Notes: a model not told the origin generated them from the letters alone. Shown: positions 28,322 through 37,245, counted from the stretch's first letter. The stretch is DNA of 64,000 nt from Dongiaceae bacterium (GCA_050180895.1 JBFXDS010000017.1:3559-67558), one strand, 5' to 3'. Program-made: numbers and translations.

Positions 28322-29779
28322 GTGTGGGAGAATTTTGTGGCAACGCACATCGACGGCAGGAAGCGCTGGCTGGCGCTGATCGTTCTTTGCCTCGGCGACC
28401 TGATGATCGTCCTCGACACGACGGTCGTGAACGTCGCCCTGCCGTCGATCCGGACGGACCTCGGCTTCTCGCAGACTGGGCTCGTCTGGGTGGTGAATGC
28501 CTACATGCTGACGTTCGGCGGCTTCCTCCTGCTCGGCGGCCGCCTGGGCGATCTCTTCGGGCACCGCCGGTTGTTCCTGCTGGGGCTGACGCTCTTCACC
28601 CTCGCCTCGCTCGCCTGCGGGCTGGCGGACACGCAGGCGACGCTCGTCGCCGCGCGCGCCGTGCAGGGGCTGGGCGGCGCCGTCGTCTCGGCCGTCGCTC
28701 TGTCGCTGATCATGAGCCTGTTCACCGAGCCGGCGGAGCGGGCAAAGGCCATGGGCATCTTCGGCTTCGTCATGGCCGGCGGTGGATCGATCGGCGTGCT
28801 GCTCGGCGGCCTGCTGACGGACGCGTTCGACTGGCACTGGATCTTCCTGGTGAATCTACCGATCGGCGCCGCGGTCTTTGCGCTCTGCGTCGTTCTGTTG
28901 CCGGGCGACCGCCGCCCGACGGCAGCGGCGCGTCTCGACATCGCCGGGGCAGTCACCGTGACGGCCTCGCTGCTGCTGGCGGTCTATGCGGTCGTGAACG
29001 GCAACGAGGTCGGCTGGCTGTCGACCCGGACGCTCGGCCTGCTCGCCGCCGCGGGAGCGCTCATGGCCATCTTCCTCGGCATCGAGGCCCGGGTCGGCGC
29101 GCCGCTCATGCCGCTCGGCCTGTTCCGGCTGCGCAATGTGTGGACCGCAAATCTTGTCGGCATCCTGTGGGCGGCGGCCATGTTTGCCTGGTTCTTCATC
29201 TCCGCGCTCTACCTCCAGCTGGTGCTCGCCTACACCCCCATGGAGGTCGGGCTCGCCTTCCTGCCCGCCAACCTGATCATGGGCGTGTTCTCGCTCGGCC
29301 TGTCGGCCAAGATGGTCATGCGCTTCGGCATCAGGTTGCCGCTGGCGACGGGGTTGCTCCTGGCCGCCGCCGGCCTCCTGCTCTTCGCCTTCGCGCCGGT
29401 CGACGGGCGCTTCGCCGCCCACGTACTCCCGGGCATGACGCTCCTCGGCCTCGGCGCCGGCATGGCGTTCAATCCGGTCCTGCTCGCCGCGATGAGCGAC
29501 GTCGCCCCGAGCGAGTCCGGCCTCGCCTCCGGAGTGGTGAATACCTCGTTCATGATGGGCGGGGCGCTTGGGCTCGCCGTCCTCGCCAGCCTTGCCGCCG
29601 CCCGCACCGACAGCCTGCTGGCGTCCGGAGCGGACTCGCTCGTCGCCCTCAACGGCGGTTACCATGTCGCGTTCGCGGTCGGCGCCGCCGTTGCGGCCGG
29701 GGCCGCCCTGCTCAGCGCCGTGCTGCTGCGCGCACGGGTGCCGGCGCCGCTGCAGGAGAGCGTGTCCACCGCATCGTAG
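28322..29779 (+). CDS. MFS transporter, DHA2 (EmrB/QacA, 14-TM) type
   Basis: LALIVLCLGDLMIVLDTTVVNVALPSI..GRLGDLFGHRR..14 hydrophobic segments. GTG start at 28322 or 28337. Confidence 0.85.
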   Translation: MWENFVATHIDGRKRWLALIVLCLGDLMIVLDTTVVNVALPSIRTDLGFSQTGLVWVVNAYMLTFGGFLLLGGRLGDLFGHRRLFLLGLTLFTLASLACGLADTQATLVAARAVQGLGGAVVSAVALSLIMSLFTEPAERAKAMGIFGFVMAGGGSIGVLLGGLLTDAFDWHWIFLVNLPIGAAVFALCVVLLPGDRRPTAAARLDIAGAVTVTASLLLAVYAVVNGNEVGWLSTRTLGLLAAAGALMAIFLGIEARVGAPLMPLGLFRLRNVWTANLVGILWAAAMFAWFFISALYLQLVLAYTPMEVGLAFLPANLIMGVFSLGLSAKMVMRFGIRLPLATGLLLAAAGLLLFAFAPVDGRFAAHVLPGMTLLGLGAGMAFNPVLLAAMSDVAPSESGLASGVVNTSFMMGGALGLAVLASLAAARTDSLLASGADSLVALNGGYHVAFAVGAAVAAGAALLSAVLLRARVPAPLQESVSTAS

Positions 29780-29820
29780 GTGCCGCCCGGCGGAATCCGG
29801 ATCGTCGACGGGAGTCCCGC

Positions 29821-30321
29821 ATGACCCTGCTTCTCGCGTTGGAGTTCGCCGCCGCCCTCGGTTGCGGGCTGGTCGCCGGCGTCTTCTTTGCCTTCTCGAC
29901 CTTCGTGATGAACGCCCTCGCCCGCCTGCCGGCCCAACAGGGCATTGCCGGCATGCAGTCCATCAATATCGCCGCGATCAATCCTTGGTTCATGACGGCG
30001 CTGTTCGGAACCGCAGCGGCTTGCGTGGTCCTCGTCGTCGCGTCGTTGCTGGCGTGGCGCGAGCCCGGCGCCGCCTGTCTCCTTGCCGGCGGTACGCTCT
30101 ATCTCGTCGGCGCTGTTCTGGTGACGATGCTGTTCAACGTGCCGCTCAATCGGGCATTGGCGAGGGTGGAGGAGTCGCGTGCCGACAATGCCGGCCGCTG
30201 GGCCGGCTACGTCGCCAGATGGACGGCCTGGAACCATGTCCGGACGGCCACATCCCTTGCGGCGACGGCATTGATCACCCTCGCGCTCTATCTGCAGGCG
30301 CGCGGCCCGACCGGAGTCTGA
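29821..30321 (+). CDS. DUF1772 (anthrone-oxygenase-like) membrane protein
   Basis: Internal Met of track ORF 28324..30321: MTLLLALEFAAALGCGLVAGVFFAFSTFVMNAL..FNVPLNRAL..WTAWNHVRT. Confidence 0.7.
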   Translation: MTLLLALEFAAALGCGLVAGVFFAFSTFVMNALARLPAQQGIAGMQSINIAAINPWFMTALFGTAAACVVLVVASLLAWREPGAACLLAGGTLYLVGAVLVTMLFNVPLNRALARVEESRADNAGRWAGYVARWTAWNHVRTATSLAATALITLALYLQARGPTGV

Positions 30322-30375
30322 CATCGCGCTCCGGGCTGCGATATCTGGAGCACACACCGGCCCGGCGACGATCCG

Positions 30376-31917
30376 TCACTTTGTGAGACGCTCCATGGGG
30401 AGCGAGAGCTGCGCGACCAAGCCCTCGGGCCGCCAGTCGCGCGAGATGTGGCCGCCGAATTGAGCCGTCATCGTCGTGCGGGCAAGCAGGCTGCCGAACC
30501 CTTCGCTTTCAGGGCGTCCCGCGAGCATCGGGCCGCCCTGCTCGGTCCAGGTCAGCCGCAGCTCGCCGTCGGCCACGGACCAGCGGACGTCGACGCGCCC
30601 TTCCGGCGACGACAGGGCGCCATACTTGGTCGCGTTCGTGGCGAACTCGTGCAGCAGGAGGGCAAGGCTCGTCACCGCACTCCCGCCGACCGGCACGCCG
30701 GGTCCGTCGATCAGGACACGCTCGCCATGGCCGCTTTCAGCATCGCTGTAGGGCGCGACGATCGTGCGGACCAGGGCCTCCAAGGTCGTCGCCCGCGCCG
30801 CCGCGTCTCGTTCATCGCCGAGATCGAGCAGGGTCAATTCATGGGCGCGCGAGAGGGCAGCCAGCCTTTGCCGAACGGTCTCGGCGATGCCCTCCGGTGC
30901 GCGGGCGGTGCGCGCGCTCAGGGTCACCACCCCGCCCACGAGGGTGAACAGGTTCTTGACGCGATGATTCATCTCCCGGAGAAGAAGAGTCTGCCGTTCC
31001 TGCAACCGCTTGCGCTCGGTGATGTCGCGCGCGATCTTCGACGCGCCGACGATTCCACCGTGGACGTTGCGGATCGGCGATACCGTCAGCGAGACCTCGA
31101 CCAGACCGCCGTCCTTGCGCCGGCGCACGGTTTCGTAGTGCTCGATCCGCTCGCCCTGACGAATGCGCTCGAGGATGCGAAGCTCCTCGTCGCGGCGATC
31201 GCCCGGGATCATGATCGCGATCGACTTGCCGATCATCTCGTCGGCGGTATAGCCGAAGAGGCGTTCCGCTCCCCGGTTCCAACTGGTGACGATGCCGCGC
31301 GAATCCGTGCTGACGATCGAGTCGTCGGAGGATTCGACGATCGAGGCCAACCGCTGTCCGATCTCGTCGGCCTGCCACCGTTCGCTGATATCGACGAGCA
31401 TGTTGACCGCCCCGACGACGACGCCCGATTTGTCGTAGAGCGGCGTCGGATAGGGAAGAAAATGAACCCGGCTGCCATCAGGCCGCTCGGCGATCGCATC
31501 CATGCCTCGGATCGATCGACCTTCCCTCAGCGCCATGGCCATCGGACATTGGTCATGCGGCATGGGTGTCCCATCCGGCCAGTACAGCCGCCAGGAACCG
31601 CACCATTCGCTCTTGCCCAGCTGCGGGCGACAGCCCCAGAGATCCGCGGCCGCGTCGTTATAGAACGTGATGCGGCCGGCCGCGTCCGTGGTGTAGACGG
31701 CAGCCGGCAGGGCTTCGAGCAGATCGCGGAAAGGAGGCTCCGTCCCCATCTGTTGCTCTGCGGACGCTGCGCCGCCCACCGCAGACTCGGCCTGCCGATG
31801 CGCCAGCCGCGCCAACTCGCGAACCAGAGCGGTCTGCGAGCCGACAAACTGTAATTTTTCAGATGGCATCGACTTTCGGTTTCGGACCGCGTCCAGCACG
31901 ACAACCGGCGCTGACAA
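30376..31917 (-). CDS. cytoplasmic PAS-PAS sensor histidine kinase, HWE/HisKA_2 type
   Basis: Two PAS modules, H-box [25 protein letters not shown]-terminal [20 protein letters not shown]. Confidence 0.85.
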   Translation of the reverse strand: MSAPVVVLDAVRNRKSMPSEKLQFVGSQTALVRELARLAHRQAESAVGGAASAEQQMGTEPPFRDLLEALPAAVYTTDAAGRITFYNDAAADLWGCRPQLGKSEWCGSWRLYWPDGTPMPHDQCPMAMALREGRSIRGMDAIAERPDGSRVHFLPYPTPLYDKSGVVVGAVNMLVDISERWQADEIGQRLASIVESSDDSIVSTDSRGIVTSWNRGAERLFGYTADEMIGKSIAIMIPGDRRDEELRILERIRQGERIEHYETVRRRKDGGLVEVSLTVSPIRNVHGGIVGASKIARDITERKRLQERQTLLLREMNHRVKNLFTLVGGVVTLSARTARAPEGIAETVRQRLAALSRAHELTLLDLGDERDAAARATTLEALVRTIVAPYSDAESGHGERVLIDGPGVPVGGSAVTSLALLLHEFATNATKYGALSSPEGRVDVRWSVADGELRLTWTEQGGPMLAGRPESEGFGSLLARTTMTAQFGGHISRDWRPEGLVAQLSLPMERLTK

Positions 31918-32149
31918 GCTCGGGCGATCACAGCGACTCTAGAGGCCTACAAGTCGGGGAGCGAGTCAAGACTCAACGGTGTGCTTCTTCCGCCCGCAAC
32001 GGCACTCCTGGCCGGCGACTGCTGCCGATGACGGTCCCCCGGTTGCGGTCGAGTTGCATCCAACGCCTGGGACTTTCAGCTCAAGCGCAAGTGTGCCAAT
32101 CAGCACCGATCCCGACACCGCACGTTCCGCCCTTCACCGAGGGGCGGGC

Positions 32150-32437
32150 TCACTCGATGCGGACATCGTCCCAGAAGCCGATCCAGTGATCGACCTGCTT
32201 CATCGAGGCGCGCGGCGCCTCGTAGGACCAGGCGGCGCGCTCGCTGCGCGCGGCGCCATCGGCGACGTCGTAGAACTGCACGCCGTGTGGGCATTCGAGA
32301 TCGCTGTCCGTCTTCGGCGTCAGATGCAGCAGGTCCATCCGGACGGTCTCCCGGGGGAAATAGCGGTAGCCACCCGCCTCGATGGTGCGGTCGCTCTCCG
32401 CGATCACCTGATCGTGCCATATCGCCTTCATGATCAC
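32150..32437 (-). CDS. DUF427 domain protein
   Basis: MKAIWHDQVIAESDRTIEAGGYRYFP..CPHGVQFYDV..AAWSYEAP..IGFW. Confidence 0.7.
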   Translation of the reverse strand: MIMKAIWHDQVIAESDRTIEAGGYRYFPRETVRMDLLHLTPKTDSDLECPHGVQFYDVADGAARSERAAWSYEAPRASMKQVDHWIGFWDDVRIE

Positions 32438-32585
32438 CTTCCTCTGCCTGGGTTCTCCAGGTTGACGACGTCGGCCCCCATGCCGCTTCCCGGCACGGCG
32501 TTCGAACCTCCTCCTGCCGGCGCCAAGACGTCAAGAGGGAGTCCGACCTTCTCGTCAAAGATGCCTTGCTCATGCAGACCACCCT

Positions 32586-33011
32586 CTATATCTCCTGCGG
32601 CGGGAACTCCGGATACCGCGGCAGGTGGTCGGCGAACCGCACCCAGGGCAGGCGCCGGCTGTCCCAATAGTGGAACTGGGGCGGCATGGCATCCGGCCGA
32701 TCCAGGCTTCCGATCGTGATGTCGATGAGGCCGGGAATGAACGAGGCGGTGAAGCTGATCTGGGTGCCGCAGGTCGGGCAAAAGCCGCGCCTGGCCTCGG
32801 GCGACGAGGCATGGAGCGTCGGCTGCGCCCTGGTGAACAGGACCTGCCCGGCCTCGAACATGGCCCATGCCACGGCGGGCGCGGCACTTGCCTTGCGGCA
32901 CATGGAGCAGTGGCACAGCGCGGTCATCAGGGGCGGCCCCGTGATCTCGTAGCAGACCGCAGTACACTGGCATCCGCCGGTCGTCTTCTGCTCTTGCATC
33001 ATGGCCTCCAT
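32586..33011 (-). CDS. GFA (glutathione-dependent formaldehyde-activating / CENP-V) family protein
   Basis: GGCQCTAVCYEI..ALCHCSMCRKASAAP..FCPTCGTQISF zinc-Cys pattern. Start among Met 33011/33002/32999. Confidence 0.8.
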   Translation of the reverse strand: MEAMMQEQKTTGGCQCTAVCYEITGPPLMTALCHCSMCRKASAAPAVAWAMFEAGQVLFTRAQPTLHASSPEARRGFCPTCGTQISFTASFIPGLIDITIGSLDRPDAMPPQFHYWDSRRLPWVRFADHLPRYPEFPPQEI

Positions 33012-33200
33012 TCGTTGCCGCGGCCGACCAACTCCGTCCACCGGAGTGTTGTTCGCCAGCAAGCCACCCTAGCAGGATGCTCCTGACAGGCTGGTGTCAG
33101 GAGCCGACCTGCTTCCGCACGGCAAGCCGTTCATCGCGCAAGCAAACGCCGAGCGAGTCTCGATGCACGCCGGACACATGGGCACTCCTTTCGCGGTATA

Positions 33201-33227
33201 ATCGAACCGGCGGACCGGTACTCGACA
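33201..33227 (-). promoter_or_regulatory. candidate ECF-type promoter P3: TGTCGAG-N16-CGATT (minus strand)
   Basis: Minus strand TGTCGA (33227-33222), 17 nt, CGAT (33204-33201). Points at the GFA-DUF427 genes, divergent from P1, which lies 49 nt away. Confidence 0.4.
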
Positions 33228-33275
33228 GGTCCCGATAAACCTGCCGACCCAGGACATGAGGGCCAGCCGACGGAT

Positions 33276-33302
33276 TGTCGATTCGGGGTCTCTCCGGACG
33301 AC
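33276..33302 (+). promoter_or_regulatory. candidate ECF-type promoter P1: TGTCGAT-N16-CGACT
   Basis: TGTCGA 33276-33281, 17 nt, CGAC 33299-33302, 41 nt upstream of the first of four DGPF genes and the ECF sigma gene. This is an autoregulatory layout. Confidence 0.6.
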
Positions 33303-33342
33303 TAGGGGTGCCCTCCCCTTTCCCGCTGCACAGGAACCGGCC

Positions 33343-33699
33343 ATGAAGTATCTCTGTCTGATCTACAACGACGACAAGCGGCTCGACGCCATGTCCGAAC
33401 GCGAATCGCAGGCCTTCATCGACGAGCATCTCGACTATGACGAGGCGCTCAAGCGGAGCGGGCATTTCATCGCCTCCGAGGCGCTCGAGCCGGGCGAGGC
33501 GGCCACCATCGTCCGCGTCCGCAACGGCCGGCTGTCGACCACCGACGGCCCCTTCGCCGAAACCAAGGAGCAGCTCGGCGGTTTCTACCTGGTCGAGGCC
33601 CGCGATCTCAACGAGGCCATCCAGATCGCCGGCAAGATTCCCTCGGCGCGCACCGGCAGCATCGAGGTGCGGCCGGTCTGCGAGCTCACGCATTCCTGA
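33343..33699 (+). CDS. YCII-related (DGPF) domain protein, tandem paralog 1
   Basis: MKYLCLIYNDDKRLDAMSERE..VRVRNGRLSTTDGPFAETKEQLGGFYLVEARDLNEAIQIAGKIP..GSIEVRPV. Confidence 0.85.
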   Translation: MKYLCLIYNDDKRLDAMSERESQAFIDEHLDYDEALKRSGHFIASEALEPGEAATIVRVRNGRLSTTDGPFAETKEQLGGFYLVEARDLNEAIQIAGKIPSARTGSIEVRPVCELTHS

Positions 33700-33724
33700 C
33701 CTTGCCGCCGCCTAAGGAGCCCAC

Positions 33725-34099
33725 ATGAAATTTCTCTGCCTGGTCTACAACGACGAGCAGGCCCTCGACGCCATGCCGCGCGACGAGTTCGAGGCCTTCT
33801 CCCACGAGCATGTCGTGCTGGCCGACGAGCTGCAGAAAGACGGTCGTTCCGTCACCGCGGAGGGTCTGCAGCCGGTCAGCACGGCGAAGACCGTGCGCGT
33901 CCGCAACGGTCGGCTGTCGACCACCGACGGCCCCTTCGCCGAAACCAAGGAGCAGCTCGGCGGCATCTACCTCTTCGAGGCGGCGGATATCGACGAGGCA
34001 GTCCAGATCGCGGCGCGCATTCCGATGGCCCGCCTCGGCTGCATCGAGGTGCGGCCGGTCTGGGACCTGCGCCGCCACGAGCCGCGGGTCGGCCGCTGA
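33725..34099 (+). CDS. YCII-related (DGPF) domain protein, tandem paralog 2
   Basis: MKFLCLVYNDEQALDAMPRDE..VRVRNGRLSTTDGPFAETKEQLGGIYLFEAADIDEAVQIAARIP..GCIEVRPV. Confidence 0.85.
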   Translation: MKFLCLVYNDEQALDAMPRDEFEAFSHEHVVLADELQKDGRSVTAEGLQPVSTAKTVRVRNGRLSTTDGPFAETKEQLGGIYLFEAADIDEAVQIAARIPMARLGCIEVRPVWDLRRHEPRVGR

Positions 34100-34156
34100 C
34101 TCCGGCTTTCTGCGACAACCTGCATCGACACCAACGTCGAAGACGAGGAGCGAACC

Positions 34157-34504
34157 ATGAAATATCTCTGCCTTGTCTACTTCGATGAACGGACGTTCGG
34201 CAGCAATCCCGAAAGTCCGTCCGACAAGGAGTGCTTCGCCTATGGCGAGGAGCTGCGCGGCAGCGCGCGCTATATTGTCGGTCAGGCGCTGCAGCGATCC
34301 GAGACCGCCACGACCGTCCGTGTACGCAACGGCAAGGTGACGACCACCGACGGCCCCTTCGCCGAAACCAAGGAACAGCTCGGCGGCTTCTATATGATCG
34401 AGGCACGCGATCTCGACGAAGCCATCCGGATCGCCGCGAAGATACCGCCGGCGCGCGTCGGCAGCATCGAGGTGCGGCCGGCCCGCGAACTCGATCTCTC
34501 ATAG
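34157..34504 (+). CDS. YCII-related (DGPF) domain protein, tandem paralog 3
   Basis: MKYLCLVYFDERTF..VRVRNGKVTTTDGPFAETKEQLGGFYMIEARDLDEAIRIAAKIP..GSIEVRPA. Confidence 0.85.
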   Translation: MKYLCLVYFDERTFGSNPESPSDKECFAYGEELRGSARYIVGQALQRSETATTVRVRNGKVTTTDGPFAETKEQLGGFYMIEARDLDEAIRIAAKIPPARVGSIEVRPARELDLS

Positions 34505-34518
34505 CGCGCATCCGGCTG

Positions 34519-34875
34519 ATGAAGTATCTGTGCCTGATCTACGCCGACGAGAAGCGGCTCGACGCCATGTCCGGGAGCGAATGGGACGCCTTCTGGCGCG
34601 AGTGCACCGCCTGCGATCAGGCGCTTCGGCAGAGCGGCAGCCGCATCGCGGCCGCGGCCCTCCAGTCCGTCCGCACGGCGACGACGGTGCGGGTCCGCCA
34701 GGGCAGACTGTCGACCACCGACGGCCCCTTCGCCGAGACCAAGGAGCAGTTGGGCGGGTTCGTCCTGATCGAGGCCCACGATCTCGACGACGCGCTCCGC
34801 GTCGCCGCCCTGCTTCCGCCGGCGCGCATCGGCAGCGTCGAGGTGCGCCCGGTGCGCGAGCTCGATCTCTCCTAG
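34519..34875 (+). CDS. YCII-related (DGPF) domain protein, tandem paralog 4
   Basis: Internal Met of ORF 34231..34875: MKYLCLIYADEKRLDAMSGSE..VRVRQGRLSTTDGPFAETKEQLGGFVLIEAHDLDDALRVAALLP..GSVEVRPV. Confidence 0.85.
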   Translation: MKYLCLIYADEKRLDAMSGSEWDAFWRECTACDQALRQSGSRIAAAALQSVRTATTVRVRQGRLSTTDGPFAETKEQLGGFVLIEAHDLDDALRVAALLPPARIGSVEVRPVRELDLS

Positions 34876-34890
34876 CCGCGGACGGCGTCG

Positions 34891-36138
34891 GTGGGCGAGG
34901 AGGCAACACGACAGGCGCGCGCAACCGTGGACGCGGTCTACCGCGCAGACTCGCGCCGCGTCCTCGCCACCCTCATCCGCCTGCTCGGCGATTTCAACCT
35001 CGCGGAGGAGGCGCTGCACGAAGCCTTCGCCGCCGCCGCGGAGCGCTGGCCGCGCGACGGCGTGCCGGCGAATCCGCGGGCTTGGCTGGTCTCGGCCGGC
35101 CGCTTCAAGGCGATCGACGTCATCCGCCGGCGCGCCCGCTTCGATGCCTCGCTGGCCGAGATCGCCGCGCAGATCGACGATGCCGCACCGGCGCCCAGGG
35201 CGGATGACGAGGAGTTGGAGGACGACCGGCTGCGGCTGATCTTCACCTGCTGCCATCCGAGCCTGTCGCCCGACGCGCAGGTGGCGATGACGCTGCGCGA
35301 GGTGTGCGGCCTGACCACCGAGGAAATCGGTCACGCCTTCCTCACGGCCGCGCCGACCGTTGCCCAGCGCATCGTGCGCGCCAAGGCGAAGATCCGCGAC
35401 GCGAAAATTCCGTATCAGGTGCCGGCGCGCGACGAGCTGGCGGAGCGGCTCGACAGCGTGCTCCACACCGTCTACCTGGTGTTCAACGAGGGATACTTCG
35501 CCTCGTCGGGCGCGTCGCTGACGCGGCACGACCTGTCGGGCGAGGCGATCCGCCTGGGGCGGCTGCTCGTCGAGCTGTTGCCGGAGCCCGAGGCGATCGG
35601 GCTCCTGGCGCTGATGCTGCTGCACGAATCGCGCCGCGCCGCGCGGACGACCGCGGACGGCGAGCTGGCGCTGCTGGACGAACAGGAGCGCGCGCTCTGG
35701 AACCGGGACCAGATCGCGGAAGGATCGGCGCTGGTGCAGCGCGCGCTGTCGTCCCGCCGCTTCGGCCCATACACGCTGCAGGCGGCCATCGCGGCGGTCC
35801 ACGCCGAGGCGCCCGATGCCGGTGCGACGGACTGGGCGCAGATCGTCGGTCTCTATGACGTGCTGGCGCGGGTGGATCCCTCGCCGGTGATCGCCTTGAA
35901 CCGCGCCGCGGCGGTGGCGATGCGCGACGGTCCGGCGGCGGGTCTCGCCCTCATCGACGCCATCCTGGCGGGCGGCGACCTCGCGGACTACCGCCTGGCG
36001 CACGCGGCGCGGGCCGACCTGTGCCGTCGGCTGGGGCGGACGGCGGAGGCCCGGGCCGCCTACGAGCGCGCCCTCGCCCTTACGCGGCAGGAACCGGAGC
36101 GGCGCTTCCTCGCGCGGCGGCTGCGCGAACTGGAGTGA
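34891..36138 (+). CDS. ECF sigma factor with ~200-aa C-terminal TPR-like extension (ECF42-type)
   Basis: 415 aa, GTG start. Sigma2 (AEEALHEAFAAAAERWP..NPRAWL), sigma4 (MTLREVCGLTTEEIGHAF..TVAQRIVRAK), then YLVFNEGY and a helical repeat extension. No anti-sigma gene is adjacent. Confidence 0.85.
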   Translation: MGEEATRQARATVDAVYRADSRRVLATLIRLLGDFNLAEEALHEAFAAAAERWPRDGVPANPRAWLVSAGRFKAIDVIRRRARFDASLAEIAAQIDDAAPAPRADDEELEDDRLRLIFTCCHPSLSPDAQVAMTLREVCGLTTEEIGHAFLTAAPTVAQRIVRAKAKIRDAKIPYQVPARDELAERLDSVLHTVYLVFNEGYFASSGASLTRHDLSGEAIRLGRLLVELLPEPEAIGLLALMLLHESRRAARTTADGELALLDEQERALWNRDQIAEGSALVQRALSSRRFGPYTLQAAIAAVHAEAPDAGATDWAQIVGLYDVLARVDPSPVIALNRAAAVAMRDGPAAGLALIDAILAGGDLADYRLAHAARADLCRRLGRTAEARAAYERALALTRQEPERRFLARRLRELE

Positions 36139-36180
36139 CCGGCCGACCGGCCGCGATCCGGCAGGGGCGGAGGTGCCGCC

Positions 36181-37035
36181 TCAGCGCGGGCGGCTGGCAG
36201 AGCGCTTGGCGGGGTCGGTCGCGGCGTAGGCGTCGTCGCCGTCCTGCGGGCGGGCCGGAAGCTCCGAGCCCTGCGCCGTCACCAACTCGGCGAGCTTCGC
36301 GTTCCAACGCTCGTCCAGGCCGACGTCGCGGCCGCCCTCGACGACACGCAGGCGGGTGGCCATGCCGGCCAGCTCCTGCTGGTGCCGGCGCACCATCTGC
36401 GCCTCGCGATAGGCCCAGCGCTGCAGCTCCTGCGCCTGCCAGCGGGCCATGGCGCGGGCGAAGCGCGCCGCCGCGCCGGCGTCGCCGCCATGATCCGCCG
36501 CGCGGGTCAGGGCGCGGCTCGCCTCACGCACGTCCTGCGGCAGCTCGTCCTCGGAATCGACCAGCGGCAGGTAGCGGTCGGCGCGCGAGCGGTCGACCAC
36601 GACCGGACGGCCGGCGATCGCCGGAAACATGGTCCGCCCTTGACCCGGGGCGGCGTCGGCACGGCGCGGCATCGAGGTCGAGACTTCCCCGTCGGGGGCG
36701 ATGTGAATGTCGAAGCGGGCGATGGTCGAGGCGAAGCTGTCCCGTTCGGGATCGAGCGACACGACGCGGACATTGAGGACGATGGCCTGGGCGCCGTCGC
36801 CCGGGGCGATGATGTCGAGATGGTTGAACTCCGTCGCCGGCACCAGCCAGCTGCGATCGGCGTTGCCGTATCCGGCCGACAGATGCGACCCGGCCGGCAT
36901 GTTGCCGATGACGATGAAGGCATCGTCGCCGACGCCCAGAGTCCTGAGCGACGGCTGCAGCTCCAGCCTGACGCGCCGCGCCGCGGCGCCCGTCCCATCG
37001 ATCGTCATCCCGTGCTCCCAGCTCTCGATCGCCAC
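36181..37035 (-). CDS. hypothetical protein (N-terminal beta-rich module, C-terminal coiled-coil-like region)
   Basis: 284 aa, high GC3. GNMPAGSHLSAGYGNADRSWLVPATEFNHLDIIAPGDG resembles the PAGxxLSAG repeat module of large secreted adhesins. No signal peptide. GTG 37035 or ATG 37008 start. Confidence 0.6.
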   Translation of the reverse strand: MAIESWEHGMTIDGTGAAARRVRLELQPSLRTLGVGDDAFIVIGNMPAGSHLSAGYGNADRSWLVPATEFNHLDIIAPGDGAQAIVLNVRVVSLDPERDSFASTIARFDIHIAPDGEVSTSMPRRADAAPGQGRTMFPAIAGRPVVVDRSRADRYLPLVDSEDELPQDVREASRALTRAADHGGDAGAAARFARAMARWQAQELQRWAYREAQMVRRHQQELAGMATRLRVVEGGRDVGLDERWNAKLAELVTAQGSELPARPQDGDDAYAATDPAKRSASRPR

Positions 37036-37073
37036 GCGCCGTAATGCGGCCTGATCCGGACAATGATCGATGC

Positions 37074-37089
37074 TTAAATACTTTTTAAC
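37074..37089 (+). promoter_or_regulatory. perfect CtrA box TTAA-N7-TTAAC
   Basis: TTAAATACTTTTTAAC, 39 nt upstream of the GTG of the 36181..37035 gene, inside a ~170-nt AT-rich island. Confidence 0.55.
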
Positions 37090-37126
37090 TGCAGCGTTAT
37101 TGTCTCGAATTCTATCAAAGTATCTA

Positions 37127-37141
37127 TTAAACGCCGCTTAA
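37127..37141 (+). promoter_or_regulatory. second CtrA-like box TTAA-N7-TTAA(G)
   Basis: TTAAACGCCGCTTAAG. A further lone TTAAC half-site lies at 37190-37194. Confidence 0.4.
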
Positions 37142-37245
37142 GGTCACGGGAGAAAGACGTCGCCCTTCGCGGCAACGTGAGCGTTTACCTTAACGTTGTC
37201 TTTATGATGTCTTGCGGTGTGCCGCGCTCGGCCCCTGCGGGCCGC

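Noticed and set aside
21966-37000. Calling the region downstream of tRNA-Arg a defined integrative genomic island or prophage.
   Set aside because: No integrase, excisionase, phage, conjugation or transposase genes were found, and I found no repeat of the tRNA 3' end. Only indirect signs (gene relics, accessory-type content) exist, so the boundaries cannot be set from this window.
37205-37245. The GGCCCGCAGGGGCC hairpin after the response-regulator gene, and the GGCGGAGGTGCCGCC hairpin at 36165-36180, as intrinsic terminators.
   Set aside because: Both have short 5-bp stems and no following U-run. They are too weak to annotate without transcript data.
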